Shown one piece after another: positions 46,776 to 60,428 of a DNA stretch of 64,000 nucleotides. Position numbers and translations under genes: made by a program. The notes under the pieces are model-generated. The model was not told the origin of the DNA. It saw nothing but the letters and a program-made list of their open reading frames with translations, and did no database searches. The stretch's first letter is position 1, and every line of letters starts with the position of its first letter. This stretch comes from Macrostomum lignano (lineage: Eukaryota), in the NCBI GenBank assembly GCA_002269645.1, contig NIVC01000926.1, positions 186,001-250,000 of the forward strand, written 5' to 3'.

Positions 46776-49700
46776 TTCATTAGAACATTAAGGATGAAGT
46801 GTTACATTATCGCAGGGTGTATTTTTGCCATTGCCAATGTTGATAGCAGGCTGGCTGCAGACGTGCTGGGCCTGACAGATAGTTCGTTGAAATGGACATT
46901 TCGCTGCTTTTGTATGTCCCTGGTAGATTTCTTCCACTCTAATACGTAGGCCAATCCAGAAGTTCTTGGTAATTACCGGTGCATTTGTGCAGATTAAGGA
47001 ACAGATTTTGTATCAGTATCCCCGTCGATTAGAGTTTGAACTCTACTAATTTGTGAAATTATTGGACTCATTTCCAGGCGATATGGAAATTCAATCAATT
47101 AATGTTCTGATTAAGGGGTTGAGCAGGAGATAGACGTAATAATTCGATGGTAAAAGCTCAATAAGAGTCCTGTCCCAAGCGATAGGAAAATTCTGATTAA
47201 TATTCTGATTGAGGGGTTGAGCCAGAGACAGTATTCATAGTTCAGTAAGAGTCCCGTCCATATTCTGCTGAGGGGTTCGGCCAGAGAGTCTGGTAGTGCG
47301 GTGATAGAAGCTGAAATTAGCAGCCTTTTGTAGTGGGAGAAAATGTCTGATTGCATGAACTTTTGGAATGGCCCTCGTACATGCAAATGCAGCCAGAGGG
47401 GGTTTGAGCAGCCTTTGCAAACCCCAGATAGTCTCTTGTGATGGCTTTAACTGATGGATTGTGATGGTTGCTCATTAGTAATGCCTGAAATTTACATGCC
47501 CCAAGTGAATGCCTCTGTCCAGCTGTGCAGACTAAAGCCAGCCAACAAGTGGTAAGATTGACACCAATGAAAATTTCGTAACAGAATTTGTGCAATGGTA
47601 CCATCTTGTTGGCGAAGCCTTCTGCAAAAACATCTTAATTCTTATCCTATTATGACTTAGCAATTGTGAATATACAGAGTAAATAATTTATGACTTTGAA
47701 ATTGTAAATATACAGAATAAATAAAAGGACTACTTGCAGTTGATTGGGTTTATGAATTTGCTTTTGTAATTACAGTGCAGAGTTGTTCTTGTTCTTTGTT
47801 CGAGTACGCAGAGAAAAGGATTATTTGTTACTAATTAATGGGAGTCTGCGCCCTAATTTGTGACTGTAGCTAAAGCATTTTAAAAAAGTTGCTTCTCCAT
47901 TAAAAATGTAGAAAATTTTACTGAATATTTATTATCAGCCATTCTAATTTTTGGTTAGTTAGTTATAGATTTAGTATTTAGTATATAAGTTGATTACTTT
48001 AAATGCAGGTTTGGGCGTGTGATCAATATGGTGGCTGTAGGTTGCAGTGTTTTACTTAAAGTACATTTAGTACGAGCGTAAAATGTTTGTTCTATTAGTT
48101 TCCACCAATGACTGCGCCCCTCTCCACCGGCTGGGGCGCAAATGAAGAAGTTATTCCGACACTGTACATTGCTAAGTACACGGGCGTGTCCCCCCGGCCT
48201 GGGGGAATGGGTAGGCGTAGCTATATGACAGTACAGTCTTGTCAGGCGGCTAGAAAAGTTTGGTTGAGAAATTTTTACTCAGCCTTCTCACTCAGGCACC
48301 AACGAACTCGAATTTAATCCAAGCACAGTACATGCTACATGTATGCACACTGGCATATGCCGCCTACCGCTATGATCTGGGGTAATGAGTGAGTGAGAGT
48401 GGCCCAATGCCAGAAAAAGCTATAATAGCGGCCATATCCATAGAGACCATAGCGAACAACTTTGTAAACAGACAGAAAACAGGGTTCGTTTTTACATTTT
48501 AAATCTAACATCAATCACACACTCGTGTTTCCGCAGTTAAGCCTTAAGGAATTAATCAAGTGGAGTTCAAGATATCGATGACGAATTTAGTCTACGAGTC
48601 GCACAGATATATTGCATAAGTTAACCAGAGTGAGTCCATGTATTTCAAAGTTGCATGATATGCAAAATGGGTCAAGCAAAGTCGTAAAATAACTTTAATG
48701 AAAAACTGCTAGAAAACTACAAGTTCCTAGAGTTGAGTTAGTGAAATTAAAATTGCATTTTAATTACCCTGTGAGTAAATAAAGATGAAAAGGTTGGGGC
48801 ACGTGAGAACTGCAAGAAATAACTGTAGCTAAAAGGAAATTAGGCTATGCGAAAATATTCGCAATTGAGTAGCAAAAAAAGTACAAAAGTACAAAATCTA
48901 AATTACGGAAACAATAACTTTAAGCAAGTCGAACCAATTAATGTAAGTCATTGTACCAGGCAATATCCACTATCAAATAACCACTGTCTCCAGTCACAAT
49001 AGCCGACGCCAATGTTTGTATGCAAACATTAAAACAGTTAAGCGTACACATCATTAAACTTGGTGCAACGCCAATGACGCCTCTGCATGATAGGCAACTG
49101 TGTAACATTGGTTAACAATATTTTTTGCTGTTGCTGCTTTCCAGCCGTTGCAGAGCGTACTTGTAAAAGTAGTACGCTATTGCTCTGAAAGAAGGCAAGT
49201 ATAGTTGAATTGTCAGTTATAAAATTCTGCACAAGCATGTTTGACTTGTAAATAAGCCCAGAATTAAAATAAGAATTCGATTCCTAGCCCCCCTCCCTAA
49301 GAATTATTTTCATTTTTAAGGATTCGTCCCTTGCTTATTGGCCACCCCGAAGGGGGGCGCTAGATTGCTAGTTCTAAGCTATTTTTGCAGATATTTTTTG
49401 AGTATTTGCTCGCAAGCACCATATGGGCAGCGGAGACTTTCTAATACTCGTCACTGTACTCTTGGAACAAATTTTTGGACAATTCAAGAAACCATATGCG
49501 CCGATTTTGCGTTCCGTCACAAAGCGACAAGAGCAACTGTTGTATCTCTGGTAATAGAATGAACAGAGACCTCGGATTTTTGTTGGTAAACCAGGCCGAC
49601 AGAATACTCGGCAGCGAGAAGTGTGTCTTTGTTTTTATACAGTAAGGGGTGTTCCTATTTATTATAGCCTTGGGATGCGCGAGAGAAGCCTCTAGAATGT

Positions 49701-51999
49701 TACTTTTTTAGTATATGGGGGTAGAGCGCAGAAGTTTCCAGAATAGAAGCTACATTGGTAAACAATATATAATGCTTACAACTGTGCTATAATTATAAGC
49801 GTAGAAATTTCTAGAAACATATTCGTATAGCGTCACGACAGCAACCAGTAGGCAAATGCGAATGAAGAGACTCAGGAATTGACGAGTAAGACAAAAAGCT
49901 ATGATGGCAAGTTTAAGTTGGGCAACAATTGGGCCGCAGTTGAAGCAGCCGCGTCCTCGCTGCTGACGGCGACGCCGAGTGTCGGTACCGGACTGCACTC
50001 TGACCCTCGTGATGAGCTCGATCGCGTTTAGTAGAAGTGGCTGTCAGCGAATGTCAAGCTGGACCCCCAAAATACAGTACGGAAATAGCAACACAGTTTG
50101 CAGGTGAATAATTACTCGTACAGGCTTTAAGCTAGATTGCTGATTTTTGACTTGCCAACGCATCTACCAGTGGTGCGCTGCGACGGCAACGAAATGTAGG
50201 TCGACTAAACCTGGCGATGTACGCTTTGTTTTAACTATGTTCGCTAGTGCTTGGATAAGCTACGGGTTTTCGCTTTACCAGTGCCTACTCATGTCTGATG
50301 TCATACCACGCACCCACATGAAGGCGTCTTCCCGCCGCACCCTGCTTAAATGGCAAAATTTCTTTGTCTCTGAGCCTTTTTTTCATTCTTTTTGTCACAT
50401 CACTGCTTTTACTTTCTTTTCTATATAAATGACCTACATGTGTATCATATTTTTTGCTGCTACTAATCCTACTAATCCAGTTATTGTTTTGTCAAGTAGT
50501 TTGTCGTTGCCACTAGATCATAGGTTCCTACGAGATTTTTAAAATCTCTTATAAACAGAATTGATTAGTCAGGGTGCACACGAAACACATTCTGCACATT
50601 AATCGATTAACATTTTAACTGACTATGAATCCGTTGGCATGACTTCTTAGGATAGACCTAGTAGGAAGGCTTTATTGTGCTTGATAGCGCCTGATTTGAC
50701 TATCTTTTTTATTAAATAGCAACGTAGTACGCTGGTGCGCCTTGTATGTATTGTTTTACCTTGTATGCCCAAGGTGTTGATTATTATTGAACTTACCATC
50801 GGGCCTCAAATGCGTAAGCCAGCTCTGGCGACGAGAATAATGACGGTTATAGTTTTCAAAGGTTATTATTAATTACTTATTACTGTCCCACACTTATTAC
50901 TTATTTACTTATTACTTATTACTGTCAATGTCCCACACTTCTCTGTACGTTTTTTAGAAATCTCTCAAAAACATTTTTTGCTTCATGTTGACAAAATTAG
51001 ATTTTAATTTTCGTACCGACTGACTTTTTATATCTTTCGTAGCCTAAATTTGTTTATCCACAAAGTAAATATATAAAGAACTGTTTACGAATTTCAAGTT
51101 CCGGTTCTGAATATTTTCCAATCAGATTTTGACGGTCCGACTCGTTTATTCGTTTTGTCAGTCGTCATAAACATAGTATACGAGTACTGCATTAGTATAA
51201 TTGATAACTGACTGATATGGCGAAAACTGAAAAGCAAAGTTTACGAATTGATCATGCTACTAACTTTTCAAATGCTGAAGGGAAGTAGTTTTTGAACTGA
51301 AGAGTGAGCAGCTTTTTGCAGGATAATAAGTAAAATAGAAGCTTAATAGAATATATTAATGGAGAGCTCACACGGTTAAACGTTTCACCTTACGATCAAG
51401 TTGTCAAACATTGTACGCTCGTATATGAGTGAAGTTATGTTTAATGACAATGCAAAAGCACATCAAAGCGAAAGCTAAATAAAAAAGTGTAGTACTATTG
51501 GTATCAGGGGTCCGCTATCTCCTGCGTAAGATGATCGTATGGCAACTCGTACGCATAAACATGAAGCATAAGGAGTACGTATTAAGAAAGCCTTGTTAAG
51601 TTATAATGAATCGGCGTTTATTGAGTTTTGAGAAAGATAAAAAAGAAGGGGTTAACATGGAATTTAGCACTGGCGTAGCCAGTCAAACAAAACTTAGTGG
51701 TACAGGTAAGGAGTTGAAAACCATAGATATAATTAAGAAGTCTGTTATAGAAAATTCTAGAAGGAAAACTTGAATTCACTTACTATAAATATAAAGTTGA
51801 CTATTTTAAGATAAACGATTACTTATAACATCTTTAACAGTACACCCCTTAATTGACAGGTGTCAATTTAAGCTATTGAGTTAAATTCACAAGTTTCGAT
51901 TGCACAAAAGCGCATTCATATGGTTCGCAAAAATCATCAGATTATTCTCGTCCCTGCAATTCGCAACATAAATTTAGTTGATGAACTTTTGTCTTGGGC

Positions 52000-54529
52000 G
52001 CAAAGGCCTACTTGTGCGACTTATTTTGGCTGTCGTATTTCCGTCTTTCTTGTCAGTGTTCACAAATTTTGCCGATCGCTTTCTCGATAAAGATAATTGC
52101 TCTCGCTGCTTCTTCAGCTCTCGCTGCTTCTCCAGTTCTCGCTGCTTCTCCAGTTCTCGCTGCTTCTCCAGCTCTTGCTGCTTCTCCTGCTCTTGCTGCT
52201 TCTCTAGTTCTCGCTGCTTCTCCAGTTCTCGCTACTGCTCCAGTTCTCGCTGCTTCTCCTGCTCTTGCTGCTTCTCCAGCTCTCGCTGCTGCTCCAGCTG
52301 CTTCTCCAGCTCTTGCTGCTTCTCCAGTTCTCGCTGCTTTTCCACTTCTGACTATCCCTGCTCAAATTCTGCTCCCCTCGCAGTAGACAATTGAGTAGAA
52401 TCAATCACGTTTTTTACCTGATGCACACGCAACAGATATTTGAATTATACTACGTATTTCATCAGGAGCTACGGATACGGCCAACTCCAGATGATCAAGT
52501 GCCTTTGTTACATGCTGTTTTGCAATCACAGCTGAAAGCTGCGAACTCTCTTCTTCCAACTTCCAACCATTATGTTTCAACCACTCCTTTCCGGCAGCAG
52601 CCGCTTTCGCTCGCTTGGAATGGTCTTGGTGACAATTCTATATTTTTTTTATGTCGAAAAATTGCTACCCCATCACGGTAGGCCAGAGCTAAACCATTTT
52701 CCGAAATATAATTGAGATTCGTTCCAGGAGCCCTTCGAAGTAGAGAACCGGACAGTGGAATGTTTAGGATCTGAGCAGCTACACGAACACAAGTCGCTGT
52801 TAGTCTGATGCCGACGACCACTTCCTTGTCTGGAAAGGGTAAGGGCAGTTCTCCTTTTGGCTCAAAGACCGAAAAAGGATCGTTAATGAAAGCCTGAAAT
52901 GAATTATATAACTTTTATTACATGCAAAAACATGCTTCCATAACATCGAAAATAACTTCAAAGCGTTGACAGAAACATAGTGACATAAAAGACAAGTGTA
53001 CAGTCACATTTACTTCACTTTTTCTTACTTGAAAAAACTCTACTAAGCAAATACTGGACTTGGTTAAGTGAATCCTAGCATTGAAGATAAGAAAAAACAG
53101 GAAAACCATGAATTACTACTCAGATATGAAAGGACATGAGTGGCCGTGACTCGATTGGCCCTTCCTCGTGTTGGATTACAAGCCCAGAAAAAAATGATTC
53201 CAGTTGTCGATGGCGGCAGGCATCGTTGCGGCAGATGCTTCTTATCAGGAATAAATGGCCATTTCCAAGTAACTCCAGAACTATGTCCAGTTCGCTGCTT
53301 TCGAGATTTCCGTCAACGATGCTGCTACCGTTTCGCCGCCAACGCAGAAAGCCTTTGCGCCAGAATGACTCTGTTTGTACTATCAGTGTAGCACGGGCAT
53401 GCATGGCTTCTTGATCGGTGCGGCTAGCGGTAGCTTTTCTGCAGTACCGGCCTAGCCGATGAAGCTCTTGAAGTCAAGACGCCAAAATGGCTTCACGGAA
53501 TGTCTCGCGATCTCTATATGCAAATGCAATACCAGTGAGGAACCCATCAACAGTACAAGTGTTGTGCAGCATTACTGTTACGAGTTTCCCATTAAAAGGT
53601 ACACTGGTCGGTAAATTTTACATATTTGCCACATCAGTGTACTTAAGTTCATTTTAATGTATTCTCTAGACATGTACACAAACTATTGTACTCGCTTCCA
53701 TTTGCGAATTAGAACATGAAACTCTTGCTTCTCTTGCGCATTACGCCGAATCGAATCCAGCACAAAGACCTTTCGTTCAACGCCGCAAATAACGATCAAG
53801 TAAAAATGCCCACTGTTTAAAATTGGCACGATTATTTGATTCAGGCCCTGCAGCATCAAGAGAGCAAATAATTTTATATCTCAAATTGGTGCATTCGTAA
53901 GATTTTCATTGAGAATTCAGTATAAGTGTACAAATTTATTCTGCATCAAAAACGACATCATTGTTTCATTAATAGAACTTGCCTTCCATCCGAGAGTTCT
54001 TCTCAGCAAGTTCTGGACTCCATCGTTGAACTCATCTCCTGAGAGAAATGTTCAACGAAATATGTACTCGTAGTAAAAGTCGCCCTCACTTTTTACAATC
54101 CTTTGGGCGTTGTTCGATGTGATAGCAGTGCAATAGGCCAATAAAATCTATCGCGAGTAATGCAAGAGGGACAGGAAAAGATAATGGTGAAAATTCATCA
54201 CAAGCCAACTGAATTTTCTATTCTATTTATTAAAATACTTACCGTGTAGTCTACAAGGTTGCTTCCCAACAAACTTTGACGATGCTCTTGCGTTACGGGA
54301 ATATCCGTTCCAGAGCCAGGAAGGGTGAAGAGAATCAGGCTATTATCGCTTTGCACGGTTCTTCCTTTCTGCCGCGTGCTCCTCTTGCTTTGCCACCTGC
54401 TTCTACTGTTATCTGCGGATCCATTTTGACTGGAATTTTTATTGGGTCTGTTCTTGCCTGTGCATCCCGGATGTTTTGATTTTGGGTTGCTCTGTTGTGA
54501 CTGACTGCTACTCTTTTCCGTTTCGTCAT
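52000..54529 (-). pseudogene. Decayed multi-exon TE-associated gene with Ulp1/C48-like protease motif and KQRELE coiled-coil repeats
   Basis: IIVPILNSGHFYLIVI..VFVLDS (53740-53840), HNTCTVDGFL, CDCKTAC; 18-bp repeat 52100-52345 reading EKQRELEKQQELE; many stops. Confidence 0.45.
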
Positions 54530-54984
54530 AATTTAAAAATTATACATGACGTTTTTGGTTTTGCACGCATCAAATTTGCACGACTGAATGAATGGTAAAT
54601 TTTCGATCGCAAGAAAGCGCCTTCTGAATGCTTCAACGGCCCCGGCCTCTTTTGTTGTGCTACTGGCCGGATCACTACCCTGACTATCACAGTGACGAGC
54701 CGAAGATGGCGTCAGTCAACTGGCCGGACTGGACTGACTTCGGACTCTGAGCGGGGGATCGCGTCAGGAGATAAATTCTACTGGCTTCTACCAGGACAGA
54801 TTGAGCCTAAAATAGGAATAACCCATTTAAGATTAAATTCCGACATTGCATGCATTCAGAAAGTTATTAAACTGCAAATACCTGTTCTTTTGATGGCAGT
54901 CCAAAACAGAAAGTTATTAGAATTGTGGTAAGTACTACGAAGAAAGCGACGAGTCCACGAGTCCACATATTTAAAAAATTCAAT

Positions 54985-55110
54985 GGTCAGCGATAGAAGC
55001 GATACTAAGTAGCCAATCAGAAGGCAGCAAGGGAGAGAGATAGCTGGACAGAGAGGAAAAGAAACAGTAAACAGGACGAGTGCACATGAACTGAAGAGAT
55101 ATATAAGAAA
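54985..55110 (-). repeat. Fragment related to the 15195 LTR family
   Basis: Reverse complement contains TCTCTCTCCCTTGCTGCCTTCTGATTGG, as at 15297-15326. Confidence 0.6.
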
Positions 55111-55189
55111 GTAGCTACGCAATATAGGTTGTTAGAAGACTGCTGCAGTGCAGTGGAGCTGGGGATACACAAATTCCTCTCAGGGCTGC

Positions 55190-55790
55190 AAATTGGAGGA
55201 AAAAGAAGAGAGATGAGATGAGGAGAGGAGAGAGTAGAAAGTAGAGATGAGAGAGATGAGATGAGACAGAGAGAGGAGAGAGGAGAAAGTAGAGAAGAGA
55301 TATATGAGATGAGAGAGAGAGAGGAAGGAGGAGAAAGTAGAGATGAGAGAGAAGAGATTAGAGATTAGAGAGTGGAGAGAGAGGAGAGAAGATATTGAAA
55401 GAGAGGGGGCATAAGAGGGGAAAGAAAATAGTACAGAGGGGAGAGTTGAGAACATATAAGAGAGTAAAGATGACAGAAGAGAGAGTGGAGATGATCGAGA
55501 GAGCAGGGACGAGAGTGAACAGACGACAGATGGTAGAATAGAGAGAACAGAGGAGAGAGAAGTGATAAGAGAGAAGCTATTACGGAGACGAGAGCAGAGA
55601 GGAGAGACAAAGGGAGAGAGAAGTGGAGTGAGGAAAGAGGAGAGAAGAGGGGGGAGAATCGAGAGCACAGTGGAGAGAGGGGAAGGGAGAGACGGGTGAG
55701 GAGAGGAAAGAAAATAATGGAGGGGGGAGAGAATAGAAAGGAGATGAGAGATGAGAGAGCAGAGAACAGAGAGATGAGTGGAGAGACAAG

Positions 55791-55864
<74 letters not shown>

Positions 55865-55877
55865 ATAGAGAGAGAGA

Positions 55878-55932
<55 letters not shown>

Positions 55933-56420
55933 TGAGGAGAGGTGAGAGTAGAGGAGGGAGTTGAGAGGAGAGAGAAGAGATGATAAAAGAAGACTACAGA
56001 TCAGATATGAGAGAGAGAGAGGATGAGACAGGAAAGATATATGACAGAGGATCGAGACGAGAGAGAAGAGAGTAAAGAGATGATAGGAGAGATGAGAAAT
56101 GAGAGCAGAGAGTAGAGAGAAGAGATCGGAGAGAGGAGAGAAGTGGGAAGTGTTGAGAGAGAGGGGAGAGTGAGGAGTGAGAACTTATACAGAGGGGAGA
56201 GAGAAGAGAGAGTAAAGAGCAGAGATAAATGAGAAGAGATAACAGAGCAGAAAAAAGATAAGAAAGGAGAGCTGATCGAGCAAAGACGAGAGAGAAGAAA
56301 GATAAGTAGAGTCAAGAAAAGAGGGGAGAGGAGAGAAAGGAGAGAGGAAAGAAAAGAAGAGATGAGAGATGAGAGAAGGGATGAGAGACGAGAGAGAAGA
56401 GAGGAAACAGTAGAGAATTG
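55190..56420. repeat. ~1.2-kb degenerate polypurine (GA)n tract with pure (AG)n core at 55790-55930
   Basis: Directly visible. Confidence 0.97.
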
Positions 56421-56869
56421 ACAGAAGTTTCAAAGGATCCTAGGGACGTAAGAAGGCGCAGGGGCAGAGGTCGGGGTTTGCCAATACTTGTTTTAAGACA
56501 GACATTGCCTGACATTCTTGCGCAAGACCACCAGCCAACATTATCAATGCTTGCCTCAAATCCTAATTTTACACGAATGTACTCCACTTTTATTTTAACT
56601 CATTCGTAATTATTAACAAGTTATGTTTAAGTATGACTTTAGATTTTTGAGTACAAGCAAAAGTATAGTTCCGGGGATTGGAATTCCCCGCGTTTAAAAC
56701 AGCTTGTTCATTATAATAAATACGAGCACCTTTAAAACTATTGCCGTTCCGCTTTGCGTGGTCTGATGAACTTGAAATTTCATACAGGCGTTTGTTTAGT
56801 GTGTAATATTTTTTCTGTAAATTTTCATGCAAATCCGAGCTGCACAAGTGCTGCAAATGGACATACATG

Positions 56870-57899
56870 TGAGGTGGGGGTGGGAAGAAAATAAAAAAAA
56901 TGCTTGGTTGGGATTGGGGTGTTTCTTCGAAAACCGGTTAGCGTTGCGTTCGCACGAATAATGCCGGAAAAATCACGCAGACGAATCACAACGAATTTCT
57001 TCTCCCTTTACTCCGACAGCCGGGTTCTCAAGTCCGAGGGGAGGGTAGTCGTAATCGTAGCGGAGCGGTCGTAGAGCGGCACGGTCGTTCAAATGTAGAA
57101 ACACCGGAGTTTATGACTCCGTAAATTAATGCGTCGATTTGTCGAACTGGTTACTTTCAGTAGGGTAGTTGCTGCCACCACCGTAATTTACGTATTACGG
57201 AACGTTAATGATCTCCGAGCTTTCTTTGAGTTGAGACTCTGGTTATTTTACGCCCCACGGGCAAATGATTCAAGATAGGCTATGGCTATGTCAACGAATA
57301 AATAGTAATTGAGATTAAATTGTCGGTGTTATTTATTTATTATTATTCAACAAAGTACTAATCGTTAGCAGGCGTCGTAATTGTTAAGTTGTTAACCGAC
57401 GAGTATTTTCGACGACGACGGATGTCGAAACAGTGGGAACTGAATAAGTAAGAATTAACTGAACCAAAGAAAACTGAACAAACTAGACACGCGTAATGCC
57501 AGAGCCGAGAGAGCGGGCGAGGTGGTTGGTGTGATCGCAGCAGAACCATTACTTTAAATAGTCAAAAAAATTAAATCAAACACGGGGCGGGGTTTGGGGC
57601 AGAAGGCTGGACAACAAGGTGGGCGAACAAGTGGGCAACATGGTGGGCAAAACTAATTCCATCACATTAAATAGCAAAAATTACAAAACCAACAAGGGGG
57701 AAAAATTAATTCAACGGCGGGGCAAACAAGAGGGACAACAAGGGGGAAAACAGGAGCAACACTGGGAAAAGAAATAGACACCACCGTTGGAGGCAAAATA
57801 ATCCGGGAATTAGGGGTCAAATTAAATTAAAAAATATTATTATTCGTACTTTACGAGGAACTTTTAAGTTCAAAGTTTTGTGGCAACCCGCCTGCCACA
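56870..57899 (-). mobile_element. Solo LTR, family A (copy A3, 1030 bp), TSD CATG
   Basis: TGAGGTGGGG...CCTGCCACA; CATG at 56866-56869 and 57900-57903; lies between two ~140-bp direct repeats (56712-56848, 57932-58075). Confidence 0.92.
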
Positions 57900-58136
57900 C
57901 ATGTATAGAACTGTGTGCATATACAATGCATTATAAATACGAGCACCTTTAAAACTCTCGCCGTTCCGCTTTGCGTTGTCTGATGGACTTGAAATTTCAC
58001 ACAGGCGTTTGTTTTGTGTGTAATAATTTTTCTGTAAATTTTCATGCAAATTCAAGCTGTACAAGTTAGTTTATTTTGCTGCTTTTGTTAGAAATTTAAT
58101 ATCAATATGAATATCTATGGGGAAACAGATACGTAT

Positions 58137-59193
58137 TGAGGTGGGGGTGGAGAAGATTAAAGAAATATTTGATAATGAATTTGATTCGGCGGTTTGAATT
58201 GTTAGTCGACACCAGTGAGGTGGGGCGGATTCCACGTTTGAATCGCTGCCTGCGTTGTCTCGACACTCGTAAAGCCGGAAAATTTCTCGAATTGATGCAC
58301 TGATTCTTCTCCTTGGTTACTCCGTCTGCCGGGGTCCTCAATTCCGGGGGGGGGGGTAGTCGTGATCGTAGTCGAGCGGTCTTTTAGTGGCACGATCGTT
58401 CAAATTGAGTCCTCAGACACCGTAAATGTCGTGATCTGTCGATGTACTCGGCTTGTTACTGTCAGTAGTAAAGTAGCGCTGCCACCACCGTAAATTCGTA
58501 TTACGGAACGTTAAGGGTCTCAGAGCTTTTTGAGTTGAGACTGATCGGTTATTTTACGCCCCCTGGGCAAATGACTCAATATAGACTAAAGGCTTCGGTT
58601 AAGATCAACTGGATAATATTAATTAACTTGGAAACTTATTTATTTACTATTATTGTCGATTTTATTAAAAGAGACGCTACGCGAGGCTGATTCGGCTGTG
58701 CCGAGAGGGAGCACACTAGGAATTAATATAAGTAGTAACGCGTAAGGCTTGCAAAGAAACCGAACTCAGAGAACAAATTAAACACGGAAACCTAAGCTAA
58801 CAATAGCAAGAAACAAGGTAACACGAACTAAAGAAGAAAACGGCATGAACAAAACGCCTCCAACTCCGGCGGAAATATATAACAAAATTAGCATGGATTA
58901 CCCAGGGGGTGGGACAGAGGATGGCACAAGGGAGGGGCAACGAGGGGAAAAGAGAAAAACCCGGCCACTGGAGTCACTAAAACAACAGTGGCCAAAGGGG
59001 GAACAACAAAAGGGAACAGACGAGGGAACAAAGGCGGGGACAACCTGGGGAACAAACAGGGGAGCATACATTAAGAAAAATGACGTCAACTCCATCACCC
59101 GTTGGGGATTGAGCCCGGTCGCAGCCTGCCGTCGTCCGCGAGGGACGTCTGCCGTCGCTCACCCCAGTGGTAGACCGGCCTAGGCCTACCACA
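58137..59193 (-). mobile_element. Solo LTR, family A (copy A4, 1057 bp), TSD GTAT
   Basis: TGAGGTGGGG...CCTACCACA; GTAT at 58133-58136 and 59194-59197. Confidence 0.92.
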
Positions 59194-59233
59194 GTATCAG
59201 TATACGAGAAAAGGTCTAAAAAATCTAGAATAT

Positions 59234-60198
59234 TGAGGTGGGGTGGAGAAGAATTTTTTTCTTGGACTGTTGGGTTTTGAAAAATTTACTGACATCAATG
59301 AGGTGGGGCGGATTCCTCGTTTGAATTTCCGCCGGCGTTGTTGAAACACGAAGAAAGCCGGAGAACTCGCGCAGACAAAACCTCAATGAAATTCTTCTCC
59401 TTTTACTCCGACAGCCGGGTTCTCAAGTCCGGGGGGAGGGTAGTTGTAATCGTAGCGGAGCGGTCGTAGAGCGGCACGGTCGTTCAGTTGTAGAAACACA
59501 GGAGATTCTGACTCCGTAAATTAATGCGTCGATGAGTTGAACTTGTTACTTTTAGTAGGGTAGTTGCTGCCACCACCGTAATTTACGTATTACGGAACGT
59601 CTAATGGTCTCCAAGCTTTCTTTGGGATGAGACTTCGGTTATTTTACGCCCCACGGGCAAAGGATTCAAGATAGGCTATGGCTTAAATCAACGGATAAAG
59701 AGTAGTTAATATTTAATTCGTCGGCGTTATTTCTTTATTAATTATAATTCATTAAAACGTTTTGTTAGCAGGCGTTGGAAATTTATTTTGTTGCGAACGA
59801 GAATAGGGGGCCGCCGACGACGGATGCCGAGACTGCGCAATGAATAAAATTAACTACAACTAAACAAGGAGAGAGAGCGAAGGAAAGATAAAAACATCGC
59901 GGCAGAAACCGAAACTTAAATAAGAAAAGATATTAAATTCAATCCCATGGCGAGGGTTGGGATGGATGACTGGACAACAGGGTGGGCGAGCCCGTGGGCA
60001 ACCTGATGGACAAAAAATCACAACGAATAAGATAGCAAAATTGGGAAATATCAACAAAAGACAAAAAAATTCCAACGGCGGGGCAAACCGGAGGGACAAC
60101 AATAGGAGAACACAAAACAACACCGGGAAAAAAGGAGACACAACCATTGGAAAAGTAACAAGGAAAAATTTCCGGGAATTGGGAGTCAAATTAAATTA
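59234..60198 (-). mobile_element. LTR, family A (copy A5), U3 end missing or interrupted near 60198
   Basis: Core matches A1-A4; U3 side resembles A3 up to CAAATTAAATTAA, then unrelated sequence. Confidence 0.85.
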
Positions 60199-60428
60199 AG
60201 GGTGCGTTCGAGTGGCTTAAAATAACTTAAAATGACTTAAAATGATTTTAAGCGCCATTTTAACGTCCTCAGTAAAACAAAACAAATAACAAAATTTTAT
60301 TTAAACAAACCGGTAAGTATTTATAAACAATGTTTTAAGGGTTATAAAAACCTATTTTAATATTTTAAATGGGTAGATAGTCAGTCTAAACATGTTTTCT
60401 ACATTTTGAGAAGGTAATTTATAACAAA

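Noticed and set aside
47360-47382. Mariner-like TIR start (TACGAGGGCCATTCCAAAAGTT on minus)
   Set aside because: No partner TIR or mariner transposase found.
49920-50120. RGRGCFNCG knuckle fragment with TGGGGGTCCAGC PBS-like motif
   Set aside because: Too short; no definable LTR or convincing tRNA match.
55180-56433. Long Leu/Ser-rich and ERERE ORFs
   Set aside because: Artefacts of the (GA)n low-complexity tract.
56755-56790. CTGATGA..GAAA hammerhead-like core (also near 4176)
   Set aside because: Only 4 nt lie between CTGATGA and GAAA, so there is no stem II, and the direct-repeat partner at ~57980 has CTGATGG.
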